This document shows, one piece after another, positions 17,360-27,400 of a stretch of DNA of 64,000 nt. Both the position numbers and the translations under genes were made by a program. The stretch's first letter is position 1. Each line of letters opens with the position of its first letter. The notes under the pieces are model-generated. The model saw nothing but the letters and a program-made list of their open reading frames with translations. It was not told the origin of the DNA and made no database searches. Source of the DNA: a virus (lineage: Duplodnaviria; Caudoviricetes); IMG/VR virus record IMGVR_UViG_3300036985_005342, positions 658 through 64,657 of that record; one strand, written 5' to 3'.

Positions 17360-17557
17360 ATGAAACACAAAACACTACCACTGGACAAAGCCAAAGGCTA
17401 CACCGTCATCACCCACGATTACAACCCCAACAGCCCAAAGGACATGGGTCTGCTTGACAAGGCGATAGCCGACATGCAGGGCACCGACTTTGTTCTCGTT
17501 GACATTCACGGCAAGATTGCCATTGCGCGGGCGAAGGGGGAGGTGAAGGGACTATGA
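17360..17557 (+). CDS. Small hypothetical protein
   Basis: 65 aa in operon. Confidence 0.6.
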   Translation: MKHKTLPLDKAKGYTVITHDYNPNSPKDMGLLDKAIADMQGTDFVLVDIHGKIAIARAKGEVKGL

Positions 17558-17778
17558 AGATGCGGATAACTTTCATCGAAGATGAGTCGGAACAGTTCTT
17601 CAACCTGACAGAAAAGGAAATTAAAGCTTTTCACACGCTGGCCAACTGTCCCGTTTTCAAGATGCTCACGGGGTCGGACGCGCCGGTTTTCAGCGTCCCT
17701 ATCTGTCACAGATGCCACATCCGCGATTCCAACACTGACACCGGCCTATGCTTTACCTGTGAATATACCGAACCATAA
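17554..17778 (+). CDS. Small zinc-finger protein
   Basis: CHRC...CFTC at C-terminus; coupled. Confidence 0.6.
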   Translation: MKMRITFIEDESEQFFNLTEKEIKAFHTLANCPVFKMLTGSDAPVFSVPICHRCHIRDSNTDTGLCFTCEYTEP

Positions 17779-18710
17779 TGAAACACGCCCTCTCCCTCTG
17801 CTCCCTCGCGCTCAACCCACTCGCTCCGTCTCCCACGGCCAGCATGGTCAAGATCGAGGGAGGTCACATGACCTCATTCGGCGGCACCGCCTGTGTCCGC
17901 GTCCCTGTGGGCGTGGAAGTTGGCGCGTGCTTTAGCCCTTCACTGTTTGCCACGTTCTTCAGGAAAGAACGCGAGGCGGTTTCCTACACTCTCAGCAAGG
18001 GCAAGCTGGTGCTGAAAGAGGGCAAGGAGAAACTCTCCATCCCTTTCCTCCCGACGGACGAGATGCCTACGCTCGATGTGCTGTCACCTCCCATAGCATG
18101 TGAGCTGAACCTCGAACACCTGAAGCTTTGCGCCGATGTGGTCGATCCGACTCACCACAAACCTGAGTGTCAAGGTGTCAACTTCCGCTTCGGGGTCATG
18201 GAGGCTTCCGACGGGCGCGTGCTAGTGTCAGCCACCTCCGGCCTCGACGACGATATGTGGTTCAATCTACCGCTTGTGTCGGCCAAGATCCTGCTCAAGT
18301 TAAAGTCAAAAGTCGTGTCCGTTGCGCTGGAGAAAGCCGCCGTGAAGTTCAACTGTGCGGACGGCACTTCGGTCTGCTCCGTGTTGATTTATGAACAGCT
18401 CACTGACACCTCGCCGTTCTACAAGCACGAATGGATCAAGGCTGGAATCAAACAGTCGTTTGCAGCGGATGTTGCGAAGATTGAATGTGAGAGTTTTGCA
18501 TTTACCGAAGGCGGGGTCAAATATGTTCAAGAGAAGTCGGAAGGCTTTATCGAAGATGTTTGCGACAAGAGCTGCAAGATGAGGATCTCAAAAACCTGTT
18601 TGGGTGTTTTACTCAAGGTCGGTAACGACATTAGGGTATCAGCGACAGGATCTTTAGCGATGTCTGTCAGTGAAGATCTTCGTGCGGTCAGTGTCCTTTA
18701 CAGCTCTTAA
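17778..18710 (+). CDS. Sliding-clamp (DNA pol III beta-like) protein
   Basis: 310 aa; LSIPFLPTDEMP and CQGVNF...MEASDGRVL resemble beta-clamp motifs; directly upstream of PolA. Confidence 0.6.
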   Translation: MKHALSLCSLALNPLAPSPTASMVKIEGGHMTSFGGTACVRVPVGVEVGACFSPSLFATFFRKEREAVSYTLSKGKLVLKEGKEKLSIPFLPTDEMPTLDVLSPPIACELNLEHLKLCADVVDPTHHKPECQGVNFRFGVMEASDGRVLVSATSGLDDDMWFNLPLVSAKILLKLKSKVVSVALEKAAVKFNCADGTSVCSVLIYEQLTDTSPFYKHEWIKAGIKQSFAADVAKIECESFAFTEGGVKYVQEKSEGFIEDVCDKSCKMRISKTCLGVLLKVGNDIRVSATGSLAMSVSEDLRAVSVLYSS

Positions 18711-18711
18711 A

Positions 18712-20691
18712 ATGCTACTCTGGCCTGAAGACTCACCGAAGAAGGGCAAGCGGTTCTCTCCGAACCCGACTCCTCGTGTCCCGAACACGGGGTGGAAGCC
18801 CTGCACCAATTTCCCTTCGCTCTCCGGCGCGAAGGCGATTGCCGTGGACGTGGAGACCTACGACCCCGAGATCGAAGATCACGGCCCCGGCTGGGGTCGC
18901 GGTAAGGGTCACATCATCGGGATCTCACTGGCTACCAATGACGGCTTCAACCAGTATTTCCCAATCCGGCACGAGACCGGCTTCAACCACGATCCGCAGC
19001 AGACACTCCGCTATGTCCGGCAGCAGCTCTCGCTGACGCATCAACCCAAGGTCGGTCACAACCTCCTCTACGACCTCGGCTGGCTGGCTCACGAGGATGT
19101 GCCGGTCGTCGGGCAGGTTTACGACACATGGACGGCTGAAAAGCTGTTAGACCACACAGCGTCGGCCACCCTTGAAGACACCGCCCAGCGGCACGTCGGC
19201 GGGGGCAAGTCCTCGGATGCTCTCTACGATTGGGCGTGGCAGGCGTGGGGGCGTGGCACACCGAAGACTCTGAGCGACAAGCGCAAGTGTGCCATGAAGA
19301 ACCTGCGGAACATCCCCGCCGAGCTTGTGGGCTTCTACGCCGAGTCGGACACCGCTCTGCCGCTGGAGATACTGCCCAAGCAGTTCTCGAAGCTCGACGA
19401 GCTGGGGCTGCTCGATGTTTTCCACATGGAGTGTGACCTGATTCAAGTTCTCGTCCAGATGCGGCTCCTTGGGGTGAGTGTGGATCTCGACGCGGCGGAA
19501 CGTGCCCGCGACCAATTCCTCAACGCCGCCGCCGAGATCCAGAAGAAGGTCGATGAGATCGCAGGGAAGCCGATCAACACCGGCTCTGCACAGGAGATCG
19601 CCAAGGTTTTCGACCGTCTGAAGATCGCCTATCCGCGCACCGAGAAAACAGGGGCACCGTCGTTCAAGGGAGAGTTCCTGAAGACCGTCACCCACCCCAT
19701 CGGTGCGCTGATTGTGGAGCTGGAGGAGGTTAAGAAATACACGTCCACGTTCATCGAAAACGCCATCCTCGGGTCGAACGTCAACGGCAAGATCCACTGC
19801 GAGTTCAACCCGATGCGGGCAATCACTGGGCGCATGTCGTCCAGCTCTCCCAACCTTCAGCAAGTTCCCTCACGGAACGATCTGGCGAAGGTTGTGCGGT
19901 CGATCTTTGTGCCGGATACAGGGGATGTGGCCATCGGTAAATGGGATTACTCTTCAGTGGAGTCAAGAATCTTGGCGCATTATGCCGTAGGGCCGGGGTC
20001 AGTGGCTCTGCGTAAAGAATACAACGACAATCCTCTCGTAGATTACCACAAGTGGACTATCGCGAAAGTGAAAGAGATGACGGGAATTTTGCTGGAACGT
20101 AAGCCTGCGAAGATTATTTCCTTTGGTCTTGGCTATGGCGCATCCCCTAAGAAATTGGCCTCCATGTTAGGGCTGACATTGGAAGAAGCGATGCCTTTGT
20201 TTGAAGCTTATCATGGAGGTCTCCCGTTCGTTCAGTCAACGATGAGTCATTTGAGTAAGTTTGCGGAAGAGAATGGATACACCCGCACTGTCTTAGGGCG
20301 GCGTGCTATATTTAATCATTGGGAGCCACGATACACACCCAAAGGCGCACCTAGACCCATGCCTCTTGTATTTGACCAAGCAATTCGTTTCTACGGACCG
20401 AATATAAAAAGAAGTAATCTCCATAAAGCAGTCAACTACACCATTCAAGGGGCGGCTGCGGATTTAATGAAGATGGCGATGGTTAAGTGTCACAAGGAAG
20501 GTGTTTTTGATGCAACAGGTTTTCCTCGTCTTGTAGTGCATGACGAACTTCTATACAGCATGAAAGAAGGCTACAAGCGTGAAGATTTCCTAGCCATGCA
20601 GGAAGTCATGGAAACCGCCGTTAAATTCAAAGTTCCGATCCGAACCGAAGGAGAGATCGGCCCGAACTGGGCGCAGACGGAAAAGTTTTGA
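18712..20691 (+). CDS. polA: Family A DNA polymerase with 3'-5' exonuclease
   Basis: Exo DVET/HNLLYD/YAESD; TGRMSSSSPNLQQ; motif A DYSSVESR; motif B RKPAKIISFGLGYG (Phe at the 762-equivalent); motif C VHDEL. Confidence 0.96.
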   Translation: MLLWPEDSPKKGKRFSPNPTPRVPNTGWKPCTNFPSLSGAKAIAVDVETYDPEIEDHGPGWGRGKGHIIGISLATNDGFNQYFPIRHETGFNHDPQQTLRYVRQQLSLTHQPKVGHNLLYDLGWLAHEDVPVVGQVYDTWTAEKLLDHTASATLEDTAQRHVGGGKSSDALYDWAWQAWGRGTPKTLSDKRKCAMKNLRNIPAELVGFYAESDTALPLEILPKQFSKLDELGLLDVFHMECDLIQVLVQMRLLGVSVDLDAAERARDQFLNAAAEIQKKVDEIAGKPINTGSAQEIAKVFDRLKIAYPRTEKTGAPSFKGEFLKTVTHPIGALIVELEEVKKYTSTFIENAILGSNVNGKIHCEFNPMRAITGRMSSSSPNLQQVPSRNDLAKVVRSIFVPDTGDVAIGKWDYSSVESRILAHYAVGPGSVALRKEYNDNPLVDYHKWTIAKVKEMTGILLERKPAKIISFGLGYGASPKKLASMLGLTLEEAMPLFEAYHGGLPFVQSTMSHLSKFAEENGYTRTVLGRRAIFNHWEPRYTPKGAPRPMPLVFDQAIRFYGPNIKRSNLHKAVNYTIQGAAADLMKMAMVKCHKEGVFDATGFPRLVVHDELLYSMKEGYKREDFLAMQEVMETAVKFKVPIRTEGEIGPNWAQTEKF

Positions 20692-20721
20692 TTGACATAG
20701 GGAAGTCAGCGTGGTATAGCT
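20692..20721 (+). promoter_or_regulatory. Promoter of HNH-AP2 gene (near-leaderless)
   Basis: TTGACA-N17-TATAGCT, 5 nt before ATG 20727. Confidence 0.6.
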
Positions 20722-20726
20722 TTTCC

Positions 20727-21236
20727 ATGAAAGCTACACCTCTTCCACCTCTCGCCTACTTGAAAGAAATTTTCACATACGAGCCTGAATCAGGACTTCT
20801 TATTTGGAACAAGCGGCTATCTATTAGGGTGTGGCCGGGTAAACCCGCAGGAAGACTAAACAATAGGGGTTATCTCCGTGTGGGTATTTGCGGAGTGCAG
20901 TATCTAGTTCATCGCATCATCTACTACATGGTCAATAAGATAGACCCCGGAGATTTTCAGATAGACCACGTAGATAATAATAGGCTTAACAACAAAGCCT
21001 GTAACCTGAGATTAGCTACAAATTCGCACAACGGTCAAAACACCTTGAAATGTTCTTCAAATAAGAGCGGGTATAAAGGTGTCTGTTTTCACAAAAACAC
21101 TTCAACGTGGAGAGGTTACGTTATGCTGAACCGAAAGCAATACAGTTGCGGCTATCACCCAACCCCCGAAGCTGCCGCCGAAGCTGTCCGCAAGCGACGG
21201 GAAGAGCTTCACGACAAATTTACCAACCACGGATAA
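20727..21236 (+). CDS. HNH homing endonuclease with C-terminal AP2 domain
   Basis: YLVHRIIY, IDHVDNNRLNNKACNLR, SGYKGVCFHK...CGYHPTPEAAA. Confidence 0.92.
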   Translation: MKATPLPPLAYLKEIFTYEPESGLLIWNKRLSIRVWPGKPAGRLNNRGYLRVGICGVQYLVHRIIYYMVNKIDPGDFQIDHVDNNRLNNKACNLRLATNSHNGQNTLKCSSNKSGYKGVCFHKNTSTWRGYVMLNRKQYSCGYHPTPEAAAEAVRKRREELHDKFTNHG

Positions 21237-21238
21237 TT

Positions 21239-21436
21239 ATGTTTGGCTACTCCGACGAATTTCTAGGCACAGTTACGCCGCCTCTTTCCCGCGACAAGGC
21301 GGTTGTGGTCGCCGCGATCCTGAAGCATTCGATCAGCTACCCGCACCATGAGGAGATCAAGGTGTCGGTCGATTCGGGGAACCGGATGCTGTGGCTGAAC
21401 GGGATTCTCTATACGTTCAAGGAGCTGGGGTTTTAG
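21239..21436 (+). CDS. Small hypothetical protein
   Basis: Start MFGYSDEF at 21239; ends at convergence with late region. Confidence 0.55.
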   Translation: MFGYSDEFLGTVTPPLSRDKAVVVAAILKHSISYPHHEEIKVSVDSGNRMLWLNGILYTFKELGF

Positions 21437-24400
21437 AACCTGATCCAGTTGTATTCAGGCTCTTTCTTCTCGGTCTTTTCCCAAGGTGTCCGCACACCCA
21501 CACCGAAGAACAGGGCTGTGGCCAGCACTGAGCCGTCACGGACTCCATGCGTCTCGAAGATGTTCACCAGATCCTCGACGATGATCGGTTCCAAAAGTTG
21601 ACGGGTGAAGCTGGTTGGGGTCATTGCGATGTCGCCAAAATGCTTCTGGGTGATTGTGTCGAGGATCATCGCCATGTTGATGTTCTCGCGGTTCCTCACG
21701 AAGTCGTAGAGAGAATCGCGGAAGTCCTGCTTGCCGAAACCGATGGAGCCTTCCCCACGGAGCGGGATGACCTCTCCCTTGGAGTTCAGCTTGTAGCCCA
21801 TGATGCCCTGCGCCAGCAGGTTGATGTAGGGGCGCATACCGCCGCCGAGGTCGATCATGGTGCCCTTGTAACTGATCCCGCCGAACTTGCCGGATGTGGG
21901 GTTCCACACGATGTCTTCCTCCTCATCGTCCGGCGTGATGGCACGCACGATGCCCACGATGACCGTGCCGAGGATAGCGCGGCCTACAATGGCCTTTCCA
22001 TAAACATCGGCAGCGACGGTTGCCCGGATCTTCATCGTGCCGTCAAAACTCGCTCTGCGCGTCCAGATCGGCTCAAGGGCATTCATCTTGGCGCGGCTGA
22101 CCGCCCACCGAGCCGAGATCGTCACCGTGTTGGCAAGGGCGAGGCCAGCATCGAGGCTGGGATTTTTGAGCGAACCACGGCCAGTCGCGTTCATCACGGC
22201 GTTGCCGATGATTGCAAGCTCATCCTTCGAGGGGTTGCCTTCGTCGCGGATTCCCTTCTCGATGAGCGTGTCGGCCATCTGGGCGCGGGTGAGGTTCGTG
22301 ACGATGCGGTTGAAGCGTTCCACACCGAGGCCAAGCTCAGTGACCCAGCGGAGGGGGATGAACTTCGGCAGCTTCTTGTTGATGGTCTCCATCAGCTCGG
22401 GGTCGATTGCATCGGCCTCCTGCATTCTGTCGAGATCGGCGAAGGGACTCATAAACCGGAGATCCATTCGCTTATCGTAAACGGAGTTGGGACGGTCGAT
22501 GACATCGTTGTAGTAAGCGATCTCCTTGTCGCGGCTGAACATGCCGGAGAAAGCCTTCGCAAAGGTTGTGGTGACTTTGATCGGATTGGCCCAAGCGCGG
22601 AGCGTGTAGAAGTAGGCTTGGCGCATACCAATACCAAGCTCGAAGCCAAGCGTGGTGATCTTGCGGAGCTTGAATGCCCCGCCGACGTAGTGCCAGAAAC
22701 GCTGGCTCGCGCTCATGTTAGCGATGGCATATTTCCGACCTTCCTCCAACCATTCGGCCTTTGCTTTCGCCTCGTCGATCTTGGTCTGGGTGAGTCGGGA
22801 ATCCTCTTTGGTGTCCCGCTTCACGGCCTTCGCGAAGTCGCCAGCGGCCAAACGCCTCTCGTAATTTTCCTTGCGTTTCTTCGACGCGGCGATCATGCGC
22901 TGGATGCGCTTCTCTTCAGGGCTGGTAGGCTTGAGCGCATCTTTCTTGAGCTGGTCGAGGGTTGCACGCAGGCTAACCACAGTGGCCTTGAGGTTGCGAA
23001 CTGCCGGGTCGGTGGACTCGGGCTTTTTGGCACGCTTCGAGAAGTCGCGCTTGGCGATCCGTGCGTTGAGGTCGGCGATGGTCTTGTTGAGCTGCACGAT
23101 GGCACGCCTGCGGGCGATCACTTCTGGCGGGGTCAGGATGCGACGATCCTTCTGGATCTCGCGCACGGTGTCGCGGAGACGGTCACGGGTAGCCATCATC
23201 TCTTTCAACACGCTGTTGAGGGTCGGAGCCACGCCCTTAGCTGTGGGTGGGTAGGTGCCATTTTTGATGAAATACTCGAAGCGTTCGATGGACTTATTAA
23301 CCGAATCGTAAAGTCGATTTGTTGCGATCTCAGCGGCGGTCTTCTTGGGGTTGCGGGCTTCCTGCGCGATGCGCTTGGCCTCACGGAGGGATTCCAGACG
23401 CTCGCGCTTCGCCTTTAGCTCAGGGCTGTCCAGCTTGACCTTCGTAGGCTTGTCGAGGATCTCACCGCGCATCTCCGCTTCCAGCAGGTTGATCTGGCGG
23501 TCGAGCATCTTGGAAGCGCGTTTGATCTGCGCTTCGAGGGAGATTTTCTTGCTGTCGATGCCGAAGATCGCCCTGTATTCTACCAGCATTTCATCACGAC
23601 GTTTTTTAAGATCGTCGAGGATTGGATCTGTCACCGGATCACGCTTAGGGCGGTCGATGCGGATACGTTCATCAATCGCATATTTCATGTCCCTGAGTTG
23701 ATTCTCAAGTTGCCGCTTGATAGCGTCACGCGCACCTGCAAGGCGGGTCTTCTTATCTTGCTCCTCGGTGTAGTTCATCCCTGCGTCAATCATCGCCTGC
23801 TTGATCTGCTTCATCAATGAGCGGACGGGCGATGTGGTTGGGTCACGAGGAAGTCCCGTCTTCTTGGGGAAGAAACCTTTGGCGATGTCAAGGAGTTGTG
23901 CCCCGAGACGTTCAACAACTTTGAGTTCGCGGATGTCAACTTTGAGTTGCTCCTGAGAGACATTCTTGACCCGCCCATAATTTGTGAACGCAACCACAAC
24001 CTCTTCGCGGGTGAGGTTTGGGTAATCGTTCTGGAGGAGCTTGGTGACAGCGTCCAGCACTGCTTCACCTTTGAGACCTTGGCGCATGAAGCCGAGGGCC
24101 ATATTATAGACCATCTTTTCACTGATACCCTTACTTGGGTCGATGAGCGAGGAAAGCTCCTGCGGGGTCTTCTGGCGTGCCGTCGAGGCCAACTTCGCCA
24201 GCTTGTCCTTGGCCAATCCGAAGACTGTTTCGGCCTGATCGCGAAACTCCTCACCGAACTCACTCACGAGCTTCTCGGTGAACGCTTCAATGGTCTTGGC
24301 ATTACCGGCGAGGTATTCCGTGCCCACGTCCGAGAGCGCGTCGAGGATCTCGACTTGGGTAGATTCGGAGTCTTGGAAGAGAGTATCAGCTTCCCAAACT

Positions 24401-27400
24401 ACCTTACTGCCATTGTAATTATCAGTCGTGATGGATGTATAGCCAACACTTTCGGCATGTGTGATAAGTGCTTTTCTTTGAGACGGCGTGAGTGTGTTTT
24501 TACTTTCACCAAAATCGACGTAGAGATTATTACCATCAACCACAACTCTTGCGAAGCCTGATTGTAAAGCAACTTGGAGAGCTTTGTTGATGTCTTGACT
24601 ATTGCCTTTTTCTTTCAAAGCAATCTGCGCTTTGTATGCGTGGGTTTCATCAGAAGCCAACTCCAAGAAATTACCGCTTCGATCAAGTAAAGCAGCGACT
24701 TTCTTTTTTGGGGTTTCGGGAAGCTGACTCAACCGCGTCACCCCCACCCCCATCGCCCGCAGACGATCACGCGCCGACGTGGCGACAGCAGCGGCTTTCT
24801 CGACCAGCACGCCACGAGGTTTAGTGGGCTTCCTCTCCTTCGCCACATCTTTTTCTTTTTTGGAGATAATGGCGGCAGCTTCCTCACGATTATACTTGTC
24901 CTCAAGCTCCTTCATCAGACGCTCACGCTCCTTGATGAGTTCGAGGATCTTCTTGGATTGCTTCTCAGTGTCGCGCATTTCTGCCGGGGTGAGCGGGTCT
25001 TTCGCCTGCCCCGGTTTCTTCCCGGTGTTTTTCCAGATCGCACGGCGGCGGAGCATCGCATCCACGCTGTAAACTTCGTTGGCCACAAGCTTCATCGCCT
25101 GCAAGGCCAGACCGGCGCGGGAGCCTTGGAGCTGGGTGATGTTGACGAGGTCTTGGAAGTCGGCGAACAGGGCTTCCTGAAGCGTCTCGAATGCCTTCCG
25201 CTTCTGCGTCTCACCGGGATCAAGCTTCGTGATCTTGTTGTCGAGATCCTTGAGTGCCTTCTGAATCTCGAATCCGTGAATGGCGAGCAGCGCGACCTCG
25301 ACCTTGTTGGTGCCCCTGTTGTCGCCCATCAGATCCAGCACAAGCTCTTGGCCGACAAGCGCGGACTCATCTCCCTTATCACGCTTCGCCAATCGAGCAT
25401 ACGCCTCATCAAGAGACTCCTCATCGGTCATGCGGACAACCATCCCTTGCCGCTCGGGGATACCGTAACGCCTACGGGCAGCGTCAAGGTCTTCACGCTT
25501 CACGCCGAAGGGGAGCGGTGCCGGGATTTTCCGTGCTGGGATCTTGCGTTTGGGCGCGGGCTGTGGTTTGGCTTTCGTTTCGGCTTTGGGCTTCGGTGCC
25601 TGACGCTTGATGTCAACGGGGAGAACAATAGGCTTCTTACCTTCGGCTTCCAGCTTTGCTCCTCGTGAAAGGAGGTCGTTGAAAATCTTCTCAATGTTCG
25701 GCGGGATGTCGATGTCAACGCTGCTGCCTTTGATGCCCTTGTAGATGTTGAGCATGATCTCGGCGATACGTGCAAACGCACGGTCAACCGATTCCACACC
25801 CGTCTTCACACCGTTGATAACAAAACGCTCAAAGCCTCGGGCGATATATTCACGCTTCTTGCGCCAGTCATCGCCGACGTTCTCTTTGGCCCACGCTTCA
25901 AGCGCATCGGCTTTTTCACCTTCACCGATCTCACGGAGGAAATCTTCGATGGCGTGACCGGCCTCGTGAATCCCTGTTGTGGTGTCCGCTTTGCCCTCGA
26001 TCAGCCCGAGGACTGTGTTGCTGACGTTCTGCGCTGCCGCTACGGCCTTGGGGGTGTAGGTGCCTTTGGGTCCTTCAGTGTCTTGGAAGAGGATGGACCG
26101 GGATTCTGGATTAAACCGCTGCGAGAGCGGGATCACGTTGCCTTGCTCGTCGTAGGTGACGGGGTCGGCGGATTTGATGTTTTCCGGGGAGAAGACAGCA
26201 AAGGATGTAATCACCCCATTACCACTTTCACTTTCGTAGTATCCGTCGTAGCCAAGGTCTTTCAGGCTTTGCTGGACTCTCGCGTCCTCAAATACCCCAT
26301 AATCTGCTTGGTTGATTTCCTGTTTGGAAATGCCGGTTTCCTTAGCAAGTAATTCAACTTGCTTGGTGTCCTTGGGATCAAAGTATCTCCCTTTAGTGAG
26401 CAGGTTGAGGACGATGGGTTCTGTGGATTCGTAAGGCATCTGATCGCCTTCACGATCCACTATGTCTCGAACATTTGCCGCTGCTGCATTTGCGAAATCC
26501 TCTGCAATTTCTTTGTCTGCGGTGAGGTGCGCTGCAACACCACGGTAGCCTTTGGGGACAGTGAATTTATACGCTGTTCCGTGATACCCTCGAATGATGA
26601 ACCCCGCAGCCCTCGCCGCCTCATCCACCATCCGCTGCGCCATCTCCATATCCCCCGCCTCGACGGCGGCGAGATAGGCTTGGTCATCTACACCAACTTC
26701 TGTATCTTGGAAAAGAGTCCCTTGCTCTCCGCCAGCGGCACGTCCCTCTTGAGTCCGCGCACCAGTTCCTTTGCCGCTTCGTCCGTTTCCGCGTCCTCCC
26801 CCGGAACGTAGCCCATCAGATTGATTCCCGCTATCTTCGACAGAGTAAGTGGATGTCCTGTTCCAAGAAGTGCCACTATCCCCGAGACCAAGTTCGGGTT
26901 GTTGATACCATGAGGGGAAAGAATATCCTCCACCTGCTTCGTAAGCTCTTTGCCTGATTGTTTCATACGATTCCTTTGTTCTTCCGCGTGAGAAATTATT
27001 CCACATTTCACGGAGCTGGTCAACTTTTCCCGTATTCCGTTTGAAAGCCGCCGGGAAGATGTCGCGGATGGCTTCCCATGTGACGCTCTGCATCTCGGAA
27101 GGCTTGACCCCGCGCTTCTTGGCGGCAAGGCGATAGGCTTCGGTGATGAAGGCGTAGGTTCCACGATAGCCGTCCGTAGTGATCCCGCCGAAGTTATCGG
27201 TAACTTCTTTGGCCGCACCGGACAGCGGCATCATATAGACCACAGCGACGGCGTGGGTGTCGCTCGTCACGGTCACGTCCGAGTCAGGGTTGATGATGTT
27301 GTTGTAGAAACTGCGGATCTTGTGGGCGTGACCGAGTTCCTTGGATATGTTGTCGAGCGACGGATTCTCAAGCATGGAAACCGCCGAGGCCGTCATGTGG

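Noticed and set aside
21547-23418. Long + strand ORFs opposite late genes (also 45467-47065, 28015-29064)
   Set aside because: Antisense shadows of GC3-rich genes; no recognisable motifs
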